A stretch of 64,000 bases of DNA from an uncultured bacterium (GTDB lineage Bacteria > Eisenbacteria > RBG-16-71-46). The notes under the pieces are model-generated. The model saw only the letters and a program-made list of their open reading frames with translations. It was not told the origin of the DNA and did no database searches. The position numbers and the translations under genes were made by a program. This document shows, piece after piece, positions 35,957 to 46,204 of the stretch. How positions within the stretch are numbered: the stretch's first letter is position 1; every line of letters begins with the position of its first letter. The DNA lies in assembly GCA_964434945.1 (NCBI GenBank), contig CAYSWZ010000037.1, positions 13,049 to 77,048 on the forward strand, read 5' to 3'.

Positions 35957-36982
35957 ATGCAACTCCGCAGCGAACCGCTCGACCTGCACACCGTGTTCGA
36001 GTTCCGCATCGCGCATGGCGCACGGCGCGCGCACCGGAACACGCTGGTGCGCGTCACGCACGACGGGATCGAGGGGCTGGGCGAGGCGGCGCCATCGCAC
36101 TACTACGGCGAGACGCCGGCCACCGTCGAGGCGGCGCTGGCCGAGTGGGCGCCCGTGCTCGGGGAGGACCCGTTCGCGCTGGACGCGCTCGAGCAGCGGC
36201 TCGACTCCGCACTCCAGGGGAACGCTGCGGCGCGCGCGGGACTGGAGATGGCGCTGCACGACTGGATCGGAAAGAAACTCGGCGTGCCCACCTGGCGGCT
36301 GCTCGGGCTCGACCCGGCGCGGACGCCGCGTTCGTGCGTCACGCTCGGCATGGCGAGCCCCGAGGAGATGGACCGGAAGCTCGAAACGGTGAAGGACTTC
36401 CCGCTCATCAAGGTCAAGCTCGGGGGACCGGGCGACGTCGACAACCTGCGGCGGATCCGCGCCCGCTACAGGGGCAAGCTGCAGGTGGACGCGAACACCG
36501 CGTGGAACGCCGCCGACGCCGTGAAGGTGCTGCGCCTGATCGAGCCGCTCGAGATCGAGCTGGTCGAGCAGCCCGTCCCGCGCGGCGACCTGGACGGCCT
36601 GCGCTGGGTCCGCGAGCGGAGCCCGATTCCGGTGTTCGCGGACGAGAGCGCGCACACGCTCGCCGACATCGGACTCCTCGCCGGGCGCGTCGACGGCGTC
36701 AATCTCAAGCTCATGAAGACGGGCGGCATCCGCGAGATGCAGCGCATGATCCACGCCGCGCGCGCGCACGGCATGAAGGTGATGCTCGGATCCATGGTCG
36801 AGTCCAGCCTGGCGCTGTCGGCCGCGGCGCAGCTCGCGCCGCTCGTGGACTACCTCGATCTCGACGGCCACTGGCTGCTGAAGGACGACCCATTCGACGG
36901 CGCGCCGCGCGAGCGTGGCGAGATCCGGCTCGGGAGCCGCGCCGGACTCGGCGTGGTGCCCGCGGGAGCCCCGGTCCGGTGA
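35957..36982 (+). CDS. Dipeptide epimerase / DgcA-like racemase (enolase superfamily)
   Basis: IKVKLG (KxK), VDAN, EQP, ADES, NLKLMKTGG, DLDG. Confidence 0.88.
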   Translation: MQLRSEPLDLHTVFEFRIAHGARRAHRNTLVRVTHDGIEGLGEAAPSHYYGETPATVEAALAEWAPVLGEDPFALDALEQRLDSALQGNAAARAGLEMALHDWIGKKLGVPTWRLLGLDPARTPRSCVTLGMASPEEMDRKLETVKDFPLIKVKLGGPGDVDNLRRIRARYRGKLQVDANTAWNAADAVKVLRLIEPLEIELVEQPVPRGDLDGLRWVRERSPIPVFADESAHTLADIGLLAGRVDGVNLKLMKTGGIREMQRMIHAARAHGMKVMLGSMVESSLALSAAAQLAPLVDYLDLDGHWLLKDDPFDGAPRERGEIRLGSRAGLGVVPAGAPVR

Positions 36983-38406
36983 GCCGGAGACTGTGGGCGT
37001 ACGTCGTCCTCACCACCCTCTCCGCCGCGGTGCTGCTCGCGTTCGGGTGGCCGCCGTCGTTCGCGCGGGACTGGGGGCACTACCTGGCGTGGGTGGTGAT
37101 CTGCCTCGTCTCCGAAACGATGTGGAGCAACACCATGTCGGGCTCCGCCACCTGGAGCCTGTCTGCGACCGCCGGGCTGTCGAGCGCGGTGCTGTGGGGT
37201 CCCGGCGCCGGGATGTGGATCTCGGCGCTCTCGACGCTGATCGCCGACCTGTTCGTGCTGCGGAAACCGGCCGTGCGCGTCGCATTCAACGCCGGCCAGA
37301 TCGCGGTCGCGACCTGGGTCGGGGCGACGCTGTTCGGATTGCTCGGCGGACGCGCCGCGCTGCCCGAGCTGCCGGGCGGAAGCCTGCTCGACCGCACGCA
37401 CGCCACCACGCTCATGCTCCCGTTCGTGGGGCTGGCGGTCGGCTACTACATCGTCAACCGCGCCATGGTGGCGCTCGCGGTGGCGTGGTCCACCGGGCGC
37501 GGCTGGTGGCGGACGCTGACCGAGGACTGGCTCTACAGCGCGCGCCTCGAGGTGGACGCCGCGTCGTTCCTCCTCACGCCGCTCATGGTCATTTCCTTCA
37601 CGACCGTCGGCTACCCGGGGGTGCTGCTGTTCTACGCGCCGCTGTTCATGCTGTTCCAGTCCGACAAGCGGTTCATCGAGCTCAAGCGCGCCGAGGAAGT
37701 GAACCTGCGCAATGCGCGGTTCGCGGCCAAGGGCGAGCTCGCGGCGGGCATCGGGCACGAGCTCAACAACCAGCTGGTGGCGATCAGCGGCCGCGCACAG
37801 ATGCTGCTGCGCGACGCCGAGAAACAGACGTTCGAGAAAGCGCCGCACCACGCACAGATCATCCTCGACCAGAGCAAGCGCATGGGCGTGCTCGCGAAGG
37901 GCCTCATGGACTACACCCGCAGCAACGTGAACCTGGAGCCCATGGACCTGAACGGCATGCTCACGAGCACGATCGACTTCGTGAAGAGCGACAAGCGGTT
38001 CCGCGGCGTGGAGTGGGACCTGCAGCTGGATCCCGAGCTGCCCCAGGTCCGCGCCGACGCGGGCCAGATCCAGGGCGTGTTCATCAACCTGTTCGTGAAC
38101 GCCGCCGACGCGATGGGCGCGCAGGAGAGCCGGCGGGCGATCCGCGTCAGCACGAAGCTCGACCCGCGCACCCAGGCCGCGGAGATCGAGGTGCAGGACA
38201 CCGGCCCCGGCATCCGGCGTGAGCACCTCGGGCGCATGTTCGAGTTCATGTTCACCACCAAGCCGGACGGTCACGGCTTCGGGCTGTCCACGTCGCACCG
38301 CACCATCGAGAACCACGGCGGTCGCATCACGGTGGACAGCGAACCCGGCAACGGGGCGCGATTCCACATCGAGCTGCCGCTGTCGGGTCCGGGGAGCCGG
38401 CGCTGA
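36979..38406 (+). CDS. Sensor histidine kinase with polytopic membrane N-terminal domain
   Basis: Multiple TM helices, H-box GHELNNQL, N-box NLFVNAADAM, DTGPGI, FTTK...GFGLS. Confidence 0.88.
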   Translation: MSRRLWAYVVLTTLSAAVLLAFGWPPSFARDWGHYLAWVVICLVSETMWSNTMSGSATWSLSATAGLSSAVLWGPGAGMWISALSTLIADLFVLRKPAVRVAFNAGQIAVATWVGATLFGLLGGRAALPELPGGSLLDRTHATTLMLPFVGLAVGYYIVNRAMVALAVAWSTGRGWWRTLTEDWLYSARLEVDAASFLLTPLMVISFTTVGYPGVLLFYAPLFMLFQSDKRFIELKRAEEVNLRNARFAAKGELAAGIGHELNNQLVAISGRAQMLLRDAEKQTFEKAPHHAQIILDQSKRMGVLAKGLMDYTRSNVNLEPMDLNGMLTSTIDFVKSDKRFRGVEWDLQLDPELPQVRADAGQIQGVFINLFVNAADAMGAQESRRAIRVSTKLDPRTQAAEIEVQDTGPGIRREHLGRMFEFMFTTKPDGHGFGLSTSHRTIENHGGRITVDSEPGNGARFHIELPLSGPGSRR

Positions 38407-38465
38407 CGGAGCCGGGAGGCGGCGGCGCTCCCATCCTCGGGACGGGCCCGGCCGCGCGCCCCACG

Positions 38466-39371
38466 GTGGCGACGGTGTCGCGCATCGATTTCGGCGGCCT
38501 GCGCCTCATCGCCGACGACGGCCGCGACTTCGAGGGGAGCGTCCCGGCCAGGCTGCGCGGCGTGAAGAAGTCGCTCGGCAACGCCGTCGTGACCGGCGAC
38601 CGCGTCGCGCTCGCCTGGGATCACGAGCGCGCGCTGGTCGAGCGGATCGAGCCACGGCGCAACCTGTTCTCCCGGCGCGCGGCGGGTGAGCGCGACGAGG
38701 AGCAGGTCGTCGCCGCGAACCTGGACCAGGTGGCGATCGTGGCGGCGCTCCAGCGCCCCGAGTTCAGCCCCGGGCTCATGGACCGGGTGCTCGTGCAATG
38801 CGAGCGCGCGGAACTCCCGAGCGTCCTCGTGCTCAACAAGACCGACCTCGACTCGCGCCGGGAGACCGACGCGCTGCTCGCCGAATACGCGCGCGCCGGC
38901 GTGCGCGGGCTCGCGACCTGCGCGGTGAGCGGACAGGGCATCGACGCCGTGCGCGCCGCCTGCGCCGGGCGGCGGACGCTGTTCGTGGGCCACTCGGGCG
39001 TCGGCAAGAGCACGTTGCTCGGCCGGCTGATGCCGCACGTCGCGATCTCCGAGGGCGAGGTGAACCGGGTGACCGGGAAGGGCCGGCACACGACCAGCGC
39101 GGCCGTGCTCTACCGGCCCGCGCCGGACACCGAGCTCGTGGACACACCGGGAGTCCGTGCATTCGCGCTGTGGGGCGTCGAGGCCGGCGAGTTGGTAGAG
39201 TACTACCCGGAACTGCGGCCGCTCGTCGGCGGCTGCCGGTTCAGCGACTGCCGCCACGATCGCGAGCCCGGCTGCGCACTGCGCGCCGCCGTGGCGGACG
39301 GACGGGTCGGCGAGCGGCGCTTCGCATCCTACTGCAAGCTGCGCGACGAGCTCGCGGAAGGGTTCCACTAG
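38466..39371 (+). CDS. rsgA: Ribosome small subunit-dependent GTPase A
   Basis: NKTD, GHSGVGKSTL, GKGRHTT, DTPG, C-terminal Zn site CRFSDCRHDREPGC. Confidence 0.93.
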   Translation: MATVSRIDFGGLRLIADDGRDFEGSVPARLRGVKKSLGNAVVTGDRVALAWDHERALVERIEPRRNLFSRRAAGERDEEQVVAANLDQVAIVAALQRPEFSPGLMDRVLVQCERAELPSVLVLNKTDLDSRRETDALLAEYARAGVRGLATCAVSGQGIDAVRAACAGRRTLFVGHSGVGKSTLLGRLMPHVAISEGEVNRVTGKGRHTTSAAVLYRPAPDTELVDTPGVRAFALWGVEAGELVEYYPELRPLVGGCRFSDCRHDREPGCALRAAVADGRVGERRFASYCKLRDELAEGFH

Positions 39372-39419
39372 GCGCGCTCCGCGCCACGGACCCGGCGCGA
39401 GCCCCGCGAAGGAGCCCGC

Positions 39420-40658
39420 CTGGTTTCCGAGCCGACGTCCTCGCCATTCAATCCCGCGCTCACGCACCTCGAGTGCTTCGACTGCCACGCGCACTGCGAC
39501 CTCGCGCGCCCGCGGAGCGTTTGCCCCGAGTGCGCGCGGCCGCTGGTGGCGCGTTACGATCTCGCGAGCGTCCGCGGGCGCGTCCCGCGCGAGAGCCTGA
39601 ACCGCTTCGGCACCGACCTGTGGCGCTACCGCGCGGTCCTGCCGTTCGCGCCGGCATTTCCCGCGGTGCGGCTCGGCGAGGGCGGCACGCCGCTCCTGCC
39701 GCTGCCGCGCGTGGCCGAGCGGCTGGGGGTCGCGGGCCTGTGGATGAAGGAGGAGAGCCCGAACCCGACCCAGTCGTTCAAGGCGCGCGGGCTCGCGCTC
39801 GCGGTGAACGGCGCGGTCGCGTGGGGCCTGCGGGGCATCGCGCTGCCGTCCGCGGGCAACGCGGGCAGCGCCGCCGCCGCGTATGCCGCAGCCGCGGGGC
39901 TGCCCTGCCGCGTCGCGATCCCGGAGGACACGCCCGAGGCGTTCGCGCTGGAGCTGGCGGCGTTCGGCGCCGAGGTGCGACTCGTGCCCGGCACGATCGC
40001 CGACTGCGGCCGGGTCGTGGCCGAATGGGCGCCGGCGCCCGAGTGGTGGAACGTGTCCACGTTCAAGGAGCCGTTCCGGCTCGAGGGGAAGAAGACGCTC
40101 GGCTACGAGATCGCCGAGCAGATGGCCTGGGAGCTGCCCGACATGATCCTCTACCCGACCGGGGGCGGGACCGGCCTCGTGGGGATGGCGAAGGCGTTCC
40201 GCGAGATGCAGGAACTGGGCTGGCTCGGCGCGAAGCTGCCCCGGCTCGTGGCCGTCCAGGTGACCGGCTGCGCGCCGGTCGTGCGCGCGTTCGATGCCGG
40301 CGCCGCGCGCACGACCCCGTGGCCCGATGCCCACACCGTCGCGAGCGGGCTGCGCGTACCGTCGCCGTTCGCGGACACGCTCATCCTCGATGCGGTGCGG
40401 AGCACGAACGGCACCGCGGTGGCGGTGAGCGAGGAGGAGATGTTCGATTCCATGATCGAGCTGGCCTCGGCCGAGGGCTGCTTCGTCTGCCCCGAGGGCG
40501 CCGCGACGCTCGCGGCGCTGCAGCAGCTGCTCGCGAGCGGCGAGCTGCGGCGGGCCGGAGCGCGTGTCGTCATCTACGACACCGGCAGCGGCCTCAAGTA
40601 CCCGGAAGCATGGCGCGCGGCGTTGTCGCGCCGGCAGGCCGCGCGGGTGGGCGCGTGA
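39420..40658 (+). CDS. thrC: Threonine synthase-like PLP enzyme
   Basis: N-terminal Zn ribbon (CFDC...CPEC) upstream of the tracked ORF, LGEGGTP, NPTQSFKARG, SAGNAG, PTGGG. CTG start inferred from SD AAGGAG. Confidence 0.8.
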   Translation: MVSEPTSSPFNPALTHLECFDCHAHCDLARPRSVCPECARPLVARYDLASVRGRVPRESLNRFGTDLWRYRAVLPFAPAFPAVRLGEGGTPLLPLPRVAERLGVAGLWMKEESPNPTQSFKARGLALAVNGAVAWGLRGIALPSAGNAGSAAAAYAAAAGLPCRVAIPEDTPEAFALELAAFGAEVRLVPGTIADCGRVVAEWAPAPEWWNVSTFKEPFRLEGKKTLGYEIAEQMAWELPDMILYPTGGGTGLVGMAKAFREMQELGWLGAKLPRLVAVQVTGCAPVVRAFDAGAARTTPWPDAHTVASGLRVPSPFADTLILDAVRSTNGTAVAVSEEEMFDSMIELASAEGCFVCPEGAATLAALQQLLASGELRRAGARVVIYDTGSGLKYPEAWRAALSRRQAARVGA

Positions 40659-41974
40659 GGCTCCGGCGGTCGTGCGCGCTGCTCGTGGCCTGCGGTGTGT
40701 TCCTCGCGGCGGGACACGGGAGCGCGGCCGCGCCCGATGCGGCCCACGCGGCAAGGGGAATGCCACGCGTGCTCGCGGTGCGGCTCACCGGCGTGGTGTC
40801 GCCGGTCATGGACGACGTGCTGGGGGAGGCGATCGCACGGGCGAAGGCCGGCGGCTACCAGGCGCTGCTCGTGGAGCTCGACACGCCGGGCGGGCTCGAG
40901 AGCAGCATGCGCGACATGGTGGAGCGCGAGCTGGCGAGCCCGGTGCCGGTGATCGTCTGGGTCACGCCCGGCGGCGCACACGCCGCATCGGCGGGCGTGT
41001 TCGTGACCATGGCGGCCGACGTTGCGGCGATGTCTCCCGGCACGAACATCGGCGCCGCCACGCCCATCAGCATGCAGGGTCCGATGGACTCGACGCTCGC
41101 CCGCAAGGCGACCAACGACGCGGCGGCGTTCGCGCGAACCGTGGCGCAGCAGCGGCGGAGGAGCGTGGCGTGGGCCGAGCGCGCGGTGCGCGAGGCCGTG
41201 GCGGCCACGGACGCCGAGGCCGTCGAGCAGCACATCGTCGATTTCATTGCGGGCTCGCAGGAGGAGCTCCTCCGCAAGGCGGACGGCCGCATGATGCGGC
41301 GCGGCGCCGACAGCACCGCGATCCGGGTCGCGGGCGCGAACGTCGAGCGCATGGAGCTGTCCCTGCGCCAGCGCGTGCTCGGCCACCTGGTGGATCCCAA
41401 CATCGCCTACCTGCTCCTCATGCTCGGGTTCTACGGCATCCTGTTCGAGCTGCAGAACCCGGGCGCGATCCTGCCCGGCGTCGCCGGGGCGATCTTCCTC
41501 GTGCTGGCGTTCCTGTCGCTGTCCGCGCTGCCGGTGAACGTGGCCGGCGTGGCGCTGCTCGTGCTGGGCGTGGGCTTCCTGCTCGCCGAGATCAAGGTCC
41601 ACAGCCACGGCGTGCTGGCGGTGGGCGGCGCGCTCGCGCTCGCGGTGGGCGGGCTGATCATGTTCGACGACCGCGCGGTGCGCGTGGCGGTGCCGCTCGT
41701 GCTCGCGGTGACCGCGATGACGACGGCCTTCATCCTGGTCGTGGTCACGTTCGCGGTGCGCTCGCGGCGCGGTCCGCGCGTGACGGGTGCGCAGGCGATG
41801 CTCGGCCGCCGGGCGATCGTGGTGGACGGCCTGCACCCGCGCGGGCGCGTGCGACTGGACGGCGAGGTGTGGAACGCGGAAGCTGCCCGGCATGTGGAGG
41901 TGGGCGCCGAGGTCGTGGTGATCGGCGTCGAGGGACTCACGCTGCGGGTCCGGCCCGCGGCCATGGAGGCGTGA
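40655..41974 (+). CDS. nfeD: NfeD family membrane-bound serine protease
   Basis: [27 protein letters not shown]-terminal OB-fold ([12 protein letters not shown]). Precedes an SPFH gene. Confidence 0.88.
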   Translation: MRLRRSCALLVACGVFLAAGHGSAAAPDAAHAARGMPRVLAVRLTGVVSPVMDDVLGEAIARAKAGGYQALLVELDTPGGLESSMRDMVERELASPVPVIVWVTPGGAHAASAGVFVTMAADVAAMSPGTNIGAATPISMQGPMDSTLARKATNDAAAFARTVAQQRRRSVAWAERAVREAVAATDAEAVEQHIVDFIAGSQEELLRKADGRMMRRGADSTAIRVAGANVERMELSLRQRVLGHLVDPNIAYLLLMLGFYGILFELQNPGAILPGVAGAIFLVLAFLSLSALPVNVAGVALLVLGVGFLLAEIKVHSHGVLAVGGALALAVGGLIMFDDRAVRVAVPLVLAVTAMTTAFILVVVTFAVRSRRGPRVTGAQAMLGRRAIVVDGLHPRGRVRLDGEVWNAEAARHVEVGAEVVVIGVEGLTLRVRPAAMEA

Positions 41975-41975
41975 A

Positions 41976-42749
41976 ATGCCTGGCTTGGGTACCTTGCTCG
42001 TTCCGTTCCTGTTGTTCCTGGGTTTCGTCGTCCTGCTGGTGCTGGTCAACTCGATCAAGGTCGTGCGCGAGTACGAACGGCTCGTGGTGTTCCGGCTCGG
42101 CCTGCTCGTGGGCGAGCGGGGACCCGGCCTCATCATCCTGATCCCGGGCATCGAGCGCGCCGTCAAGGTCGGGCTGCGCACGGTGACCATGGACGTTCCG
42201 TCGCAGGACGTGATCACCAAGGACAACGTCTCGGTGAAGGTGAACGCCGTCATCTACTTCCGGGTCATCGACTCGTCGCGCGCCATCGTGCAGGTGGAGA
42301 ACTTCCTTTACGCCACGAGCCAGATCGCGCAGACGACGCTGCGCTCGATCCTCGGCGAACAGGAGCTGGACGAACTGCTGTCCGAGCGCGAACGCCTGAA
42401 CCAGGCGCTGCAGCAGGTCATCGACCGGCAGACCGAGCCGTGGGGCGTGAAGGTGAGCACGGTCGAGGTGAAGAACGTGGACCTGCCGCAGGAGATGCAG
42501 CGCGCCATGGCGCGACAGGCCGAGGCGGAGCGCGAGCGCCGCGCCAAGGTGATCGCGGCCGAGGGCGAGTACCAGGCCTCCGCGCGTCTCGCCGAGGCGG
42601 CGGCGATCATCGGTCGCGAGCCGGCGGCGATGACGCTGCGCTATCTCCAGACCCTGGCGGAGATCGCCACCGAGAACAACAGCACCACGATCTTCCCGGT
42701 GCCGATCGACCTGATCGCCGCGTTCACGGGGTCGTTCAAGAAGGCCTGA
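41976..42749 (+). CDS. SPFH/stomatin (slipin) family protein
   Basis: [46 protein letters not shown]. Confidence 0.93.
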   Translation: MPGLGTLLVPFLLFLGFVVLLVLVNSIKVVREYERLVVFRLGLLVGERGPGLIILIPGIERAVKVGLRTVTMDVPSQDVITKDNVSVKVNAVIYFRVIDSSRAIVQVENFLYATSQIAQTTLRSILGEQELDELLSERERLNQALQQVIDRQTEPWGVKVSTVEVKNVDLPQEMQRAMARQAEAERERRAKVIAAEGEYQASARLAEAAAIIGREPAAMTLRYLQTLAEIATENNSTTIFPVPIDLIAAFTGSFKKA

Positions 42750-42840
42750 GGAGAGCCCGGGACGGGGCATTTTCCGGGTGCGGGCGGGCGGGCAGGGGAG
42801 TAGCATCCGGGAGAGCCAGCGACCGCTGGAGGATACGTCC

Positions 42841-45318
42841 GTGCTCGCTCGCCTGCGTGCCCCCGCCGCCTCGTGCGGAATCCGATTCGCCTTCGTCCTC
42901 GCCGCGCCGCTGCTCGCGGCGCCCGCGGCCGCCACGCCGCCGCGGTTCGCGGCGCCGTTCATCGCCTATCCGGTCGCGTTCGGGCCTTCGGCCGTGATCG
43001 CCTGCGACGTGAACGGAGACGGCCGCCCGGACGTGATCACCGTGGGCGACGTCGGCGCCCAGGTGAGACTCGGGCTCGGCGACGGCACGCTCGGCCCCAT
43101 TGCCACGTTCCCGGGTGGCGGGGGTCCGTTCCTCGTGGCGGGGGACTTGAACAACGACGGCCACCCCGACCTCGTGATGGGCGGCGACTCGATCTCGGTC
43201 GCGGTCGAGCTCGGCCTCGGCGACGGCACGTTCGGGCCGGCGGCGAGGTTCGCGGTGACGAAGGCCCCGGAGGCGGTGGTGCTCGCGGACTTCGACGGCG
43301 ACGGCAATCTCGACCTGGCGAGCCTGAGCACGAGGGCCGGCACGTTGACCGTGCGGCGCGGGCTCGGCGACGGCACGTTCGCACCGGGCGCGGACATCGT
43401 CGTCGGGGGCTCGCCCGTCGGTCTCGCGGTGGGACCACTCGACGGCGACGCCCACCCGGACCTGCTCGTGACCCAGACCTCACCCGCCCAGGTGACCCCG
43501 CTGATCGGCGATGGCGCCGGGGGGTTCCACGCCGCGGCCCCGGTCGCGCTCCCCGAACCCGGCGGGCGCGTGTTGCTCGCCGATCTCGATGGCGACACCC
43601 GGCTCGACGCGGTCGTCGTCGCGTCGTACACGCACCACGCGTTCATCCTCCGTGGACTCGGCGGGGGCGGTTTCGACGTGCCGGCGACGCTGGCGCTGCC
43701 GGGCTCGTGCACCGCCGTCGCGGTCGGCGACTTGAACGGCGATCAGGTCCCCGACCTGGTCTTCAATGGTTACGATCGCAACAGTGTCGTCGCGCTCCTC
43801 GGGCACGGGGATGCGACCTTCGGCGCGCCGCAGGAGTTCATCGCCCCCCGCTCGCCGATCGGCGTGGCGCTCGCCGACCTGAACGGCGGCGGCAAGACCG
43901 ACCTCGTGGTGGTGAGCAACTTCAGCACGGTCTCGGTCCACATGGGAAACGGGGACGGCACGTTCGGCGGAACACGGGATGTCGCGACGGGCCTGTACCC
44001 GTCGGCGATCGCGACCGGGGATCTCAACCGCGACGGCCACGTGGACGTGGTCACCGCGAACGCGGGGGACGGAACGCTGTCGGTGCTGTTCGGGCACGGC
44101 GACGGCACATTCGAGCCGAGGCACGACCTTGCCGCCGGCATCGATCCCGACGGCGTGACGCTGGCGGACGTGAACCTCGACGGCAAGCTCGACATCGTGT
44201 GCGCGAACGCCGGGCCGGGCACGCAGACATCCTCCACCGTTTCGGTGTTCCTCGGGGATGGGGCGGGCGCGTTCGCACCGCGGCTCGACATCCCGGTGGG
44301 TCGCTGGCCCGGCGCGGTGGCGGTCGGCGACCTGGACGGCGACGGCCTGCCCGACCTGGCAGTCGCCGAGAACGACTTCAACGAGACGCTCAGCCTCCTG
44401 CATGGCCTCGGCAACGGCGGCTTCACGAATCGACAGGGATTCCTGTTCGGGAGCAACGCCACGTCGGTGCGGATCGGTGACGCCACGGGCGACGGGCACG
44501 CCGACGTCGTGCTCGCGACGTCGTGGCCGAGCGGCAAGGTGTTCGTGCTACCGGGGCACTCCGATGGCACCTATGGGACGGTGGTCGAGCTGGACACACC
44601 CCAGTCCCCCCTGGGTGTGGGACTCGCGGACGTCACCGGCGACGGCCGGATCGACGTCGTGGCGGGAAACACGGGCCTGTCGGTCTTCCCCGGCACCGCG
44701 GGTGGCGGTTTCGGGCCACGCGTGGACTTCGGGGCGGGGGGCGGCCCGCTCGCGCTCGGGGACCTCGATGCCGACGGCATCCCCGACGCCGTGACCGCGA
44801 ACGACTGGCAGAGCAACTCGCTCTCGGTGCTGAGCAGCGCGCCGGGCAGTGCGTTCTCGAATCGCGTGGATTACGGCGCGGGAGATCGACCGGTCGCGGT
44901 GGCGATGGCCGACCTCAACGGTGACGGCCTCACCGACCTGGTCGCGGCGAACACCCAGTCGAACACGGTCTCGATCCTGCTCAACACGGGCGGCCTGGCC
45001 TGGCTGCCGTGGCTCGGCGTGCCGCCGGCTGCCGCCCGCGGCGTCTCGCTCGCGCTCCGCGCGCACCCGAATCCCGCGCGCGAAGCGCTCCTCCTCGAGT
45101 TCACGCTGCCGCATGCGAGCGCAGCCACGCTGCGCGTGTACGACGTCGCCGGCCGGCAGCTCGGCCCGCCCGTCTCGGGCACCTACGGCGCGGGGACGAA
45201 TCGCGTGCGCTGGGAGCAGCCACTCGCTGCCGCGCACCGCGCGTGGGCCGGCGTCTGCTTCGCCGAGATCTCGGCCGCGGGCGAGCGCGCCGTCTGCCGC
45301 GTCGTGCTGCTGCCCTAG
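42841..45318 (+). CDS. Secreted FG-GAP/VCBS repeat protein with T9SS-type/FlgD-like C-terminal domain
   Basis: SD GGAGG, signal peptide, 14 counted D-x-[ND]-x-D-G-x-x-D-type repeats, C-terminal HPNP...FTLP...LRVYDVAGR...W...GVCF. Confidence 0.85.
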   Translation: MLARLRAPAASCGIRFAFVLAAPLLAAPAAATPPRFAAPFIAYPVAFGPSAVIACDVNGDGRPDVITVGDVGAQVRLGLGDGTLGPIATFPGGGGPFLVAGDLNNDGHPDLVMGGDSISVAVELGLGDGTFGPAARFAVTKAPEAVVLADFDGDGNLDLASLSTRAGTLTVRRGLGDGTFAPGADIVVGGSPVGLAVGPLDGDAHPDLLVTQTSPAQVTPLIGDGAGGFHAAAPVALPEPGGRVLLADLDGDTRLDAVVVASYTHHAFILRGLGGGGFDVPATLALPGSCTAVAVGDLNGDQVPDLVFNGYDRNSVVALLGHGDATFGAPQEFIAPRSPIGVALADLNGGGKTDLVVVSNFSTVSVHMGNGDGTFGGTRDVATGLYPSAIATGDLNRDGHVDVVTANAGDGTLSVLFGHGDGTFEPRHDLAAGIDPDGVTLADVNLDGKLDIVCANAGPGTQTSSTVSVFLGDGAGAFAPRLDIPVGRWPGAVAVGDLDGDGLPDLAVAENDFNETLSLLHGLGNGGFTNRQGFLFGSNATSVRIGDATGDGHADVVLATSWPSGKVFVLPGHSDGTYGTVVELDTPQSPLGVGLADVTGDGRIDVVAGNTGLSVFPGTAGGGFGPRVDFGAGGGPLALGDLDADGIPDAVTANDWQSNSLSVLSSAPGSAFSNRVDYGAGDRPVAVAMADLNGDGLTDLVAANTQSNTVSILLNTGGLAWLPWLGVPPAAARGVSLALRAHPNPAREALLLEFTLPHASAATLRVYDVAGRQLGPPVSGTYGAGTNRVRWEQPLAAAHRAWAGVCFAEISAAGERAVCRVVLLP

Positions 45319-45347
45319 CTTCACCGCTTCGCGCTCGCGCGCGACCG

Positions 45348-46088
45348 TCAGCTGGGCAGCGCGCTCGCCGCGGGCGGATCGAGCAGCACGTGCGCGTCGG
45401 CGGCGAGCCGCAGGAGGCGCGCGGCCGGGAGCTGCGAGCCGTGGTCGCGAAGGACCGTGCGGACGATCTCGGCCTTGCCCGCGCCGAAGACCGCGACGAC
45501 CACGGTGCGGGCGGCGGCGAGGAGCGGGAGCGAGAGCGTGAGCCGGATCGGCGGCGGCTTCGGCGAATCGCGCTCGACCAGCACCAGCGTCGAGCGCTCG
45601 GCTGCTGCGGGCCGCCCGGGGAAGAGCGATGCCACGTGGCCGTCCTCGCCGACGCCGAGGAGCGCGAGGTCGAACACCGGTTCCGGGCCGAGGATCGCGA
45701 CCAGCTCTGCGCCGTAGCGCCGCGCCGCGGCTTCCGGCGCGTCGGGTGCCGGTGCGACGCCGGTGGCGTCATCGCCGACCATCGCGTGCAGCCTGGGGCC
45801 CACGAGTCCGAGCGAGTCGAACAGCAGGCGCCCCGCCGCCGCCGCGCTCGAGGCGGGATCCGAGCGCGGGACGAACCGTTCGTCGGAGAAGAAGACATCG
45901 GTCCGCGGCCAATCCAGCTTCGCGCGCGCGAGTCGCGGCAGCAGGTTCTCGGCGGCCGAGCCGCCCGGGATGACGAACGCGAACCGCCGCCGCGCCGCGA
46001 TCGAGCGCAGCGCCGCACGCTCGCAGGTGGCGGCGAACCGTTCCGCCAGCGCGTCGGCGGGCTCGACCACCACGACCGGCTGCGGCAC
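45348..46088 (-). CDS. pgl: 6-phosphogluconolactonase
   Basis: PGGS, FSDERFVP, LLGVGEDGHVASLFPG, PKPPPIRLTL. SD GAGGAGG. Confidence 0.88.
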   Translation of the reverse strand: MPQPVVVVEPADALAERFAATCERAALRSIAARRRFAFVIPGGSAAENLLPRLARAKLDWPRTDVFFSDERFVPRSDPASSAAAAGRLLFDSLGLVGPRLHAMVGDDATGVAPAPDAPEAAARRYGAELVAILGPEPVFDLALLGVGEDGHVASLFPGRPAAAERSTLVLVERDSPKPPPIRLTLSLPLLAAARTVVVAVFGAGKAEIVRTVLRDHGSQLPAARLLRLAADAHVLLDPPAASALPS

Positions 46089-46204
46089 GCTCGGCCTCCT
46101 CAGGGGTGTGCGTGCGCCCGCGCGCGGGCGCCATGCTAAGGTGGCGCTCCGTCGCGCCGGACCCTGCAGCGCAGCATAGCGCGCGCCGCGCGAACCGCAC
46201 AGGG

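Noticed and set aside
42990-45000. Repeated GACGGC/GGCGAC motifs as a nucleotide repeat array
   Set aside because: Fully explained by FG-GAP protein repeats.
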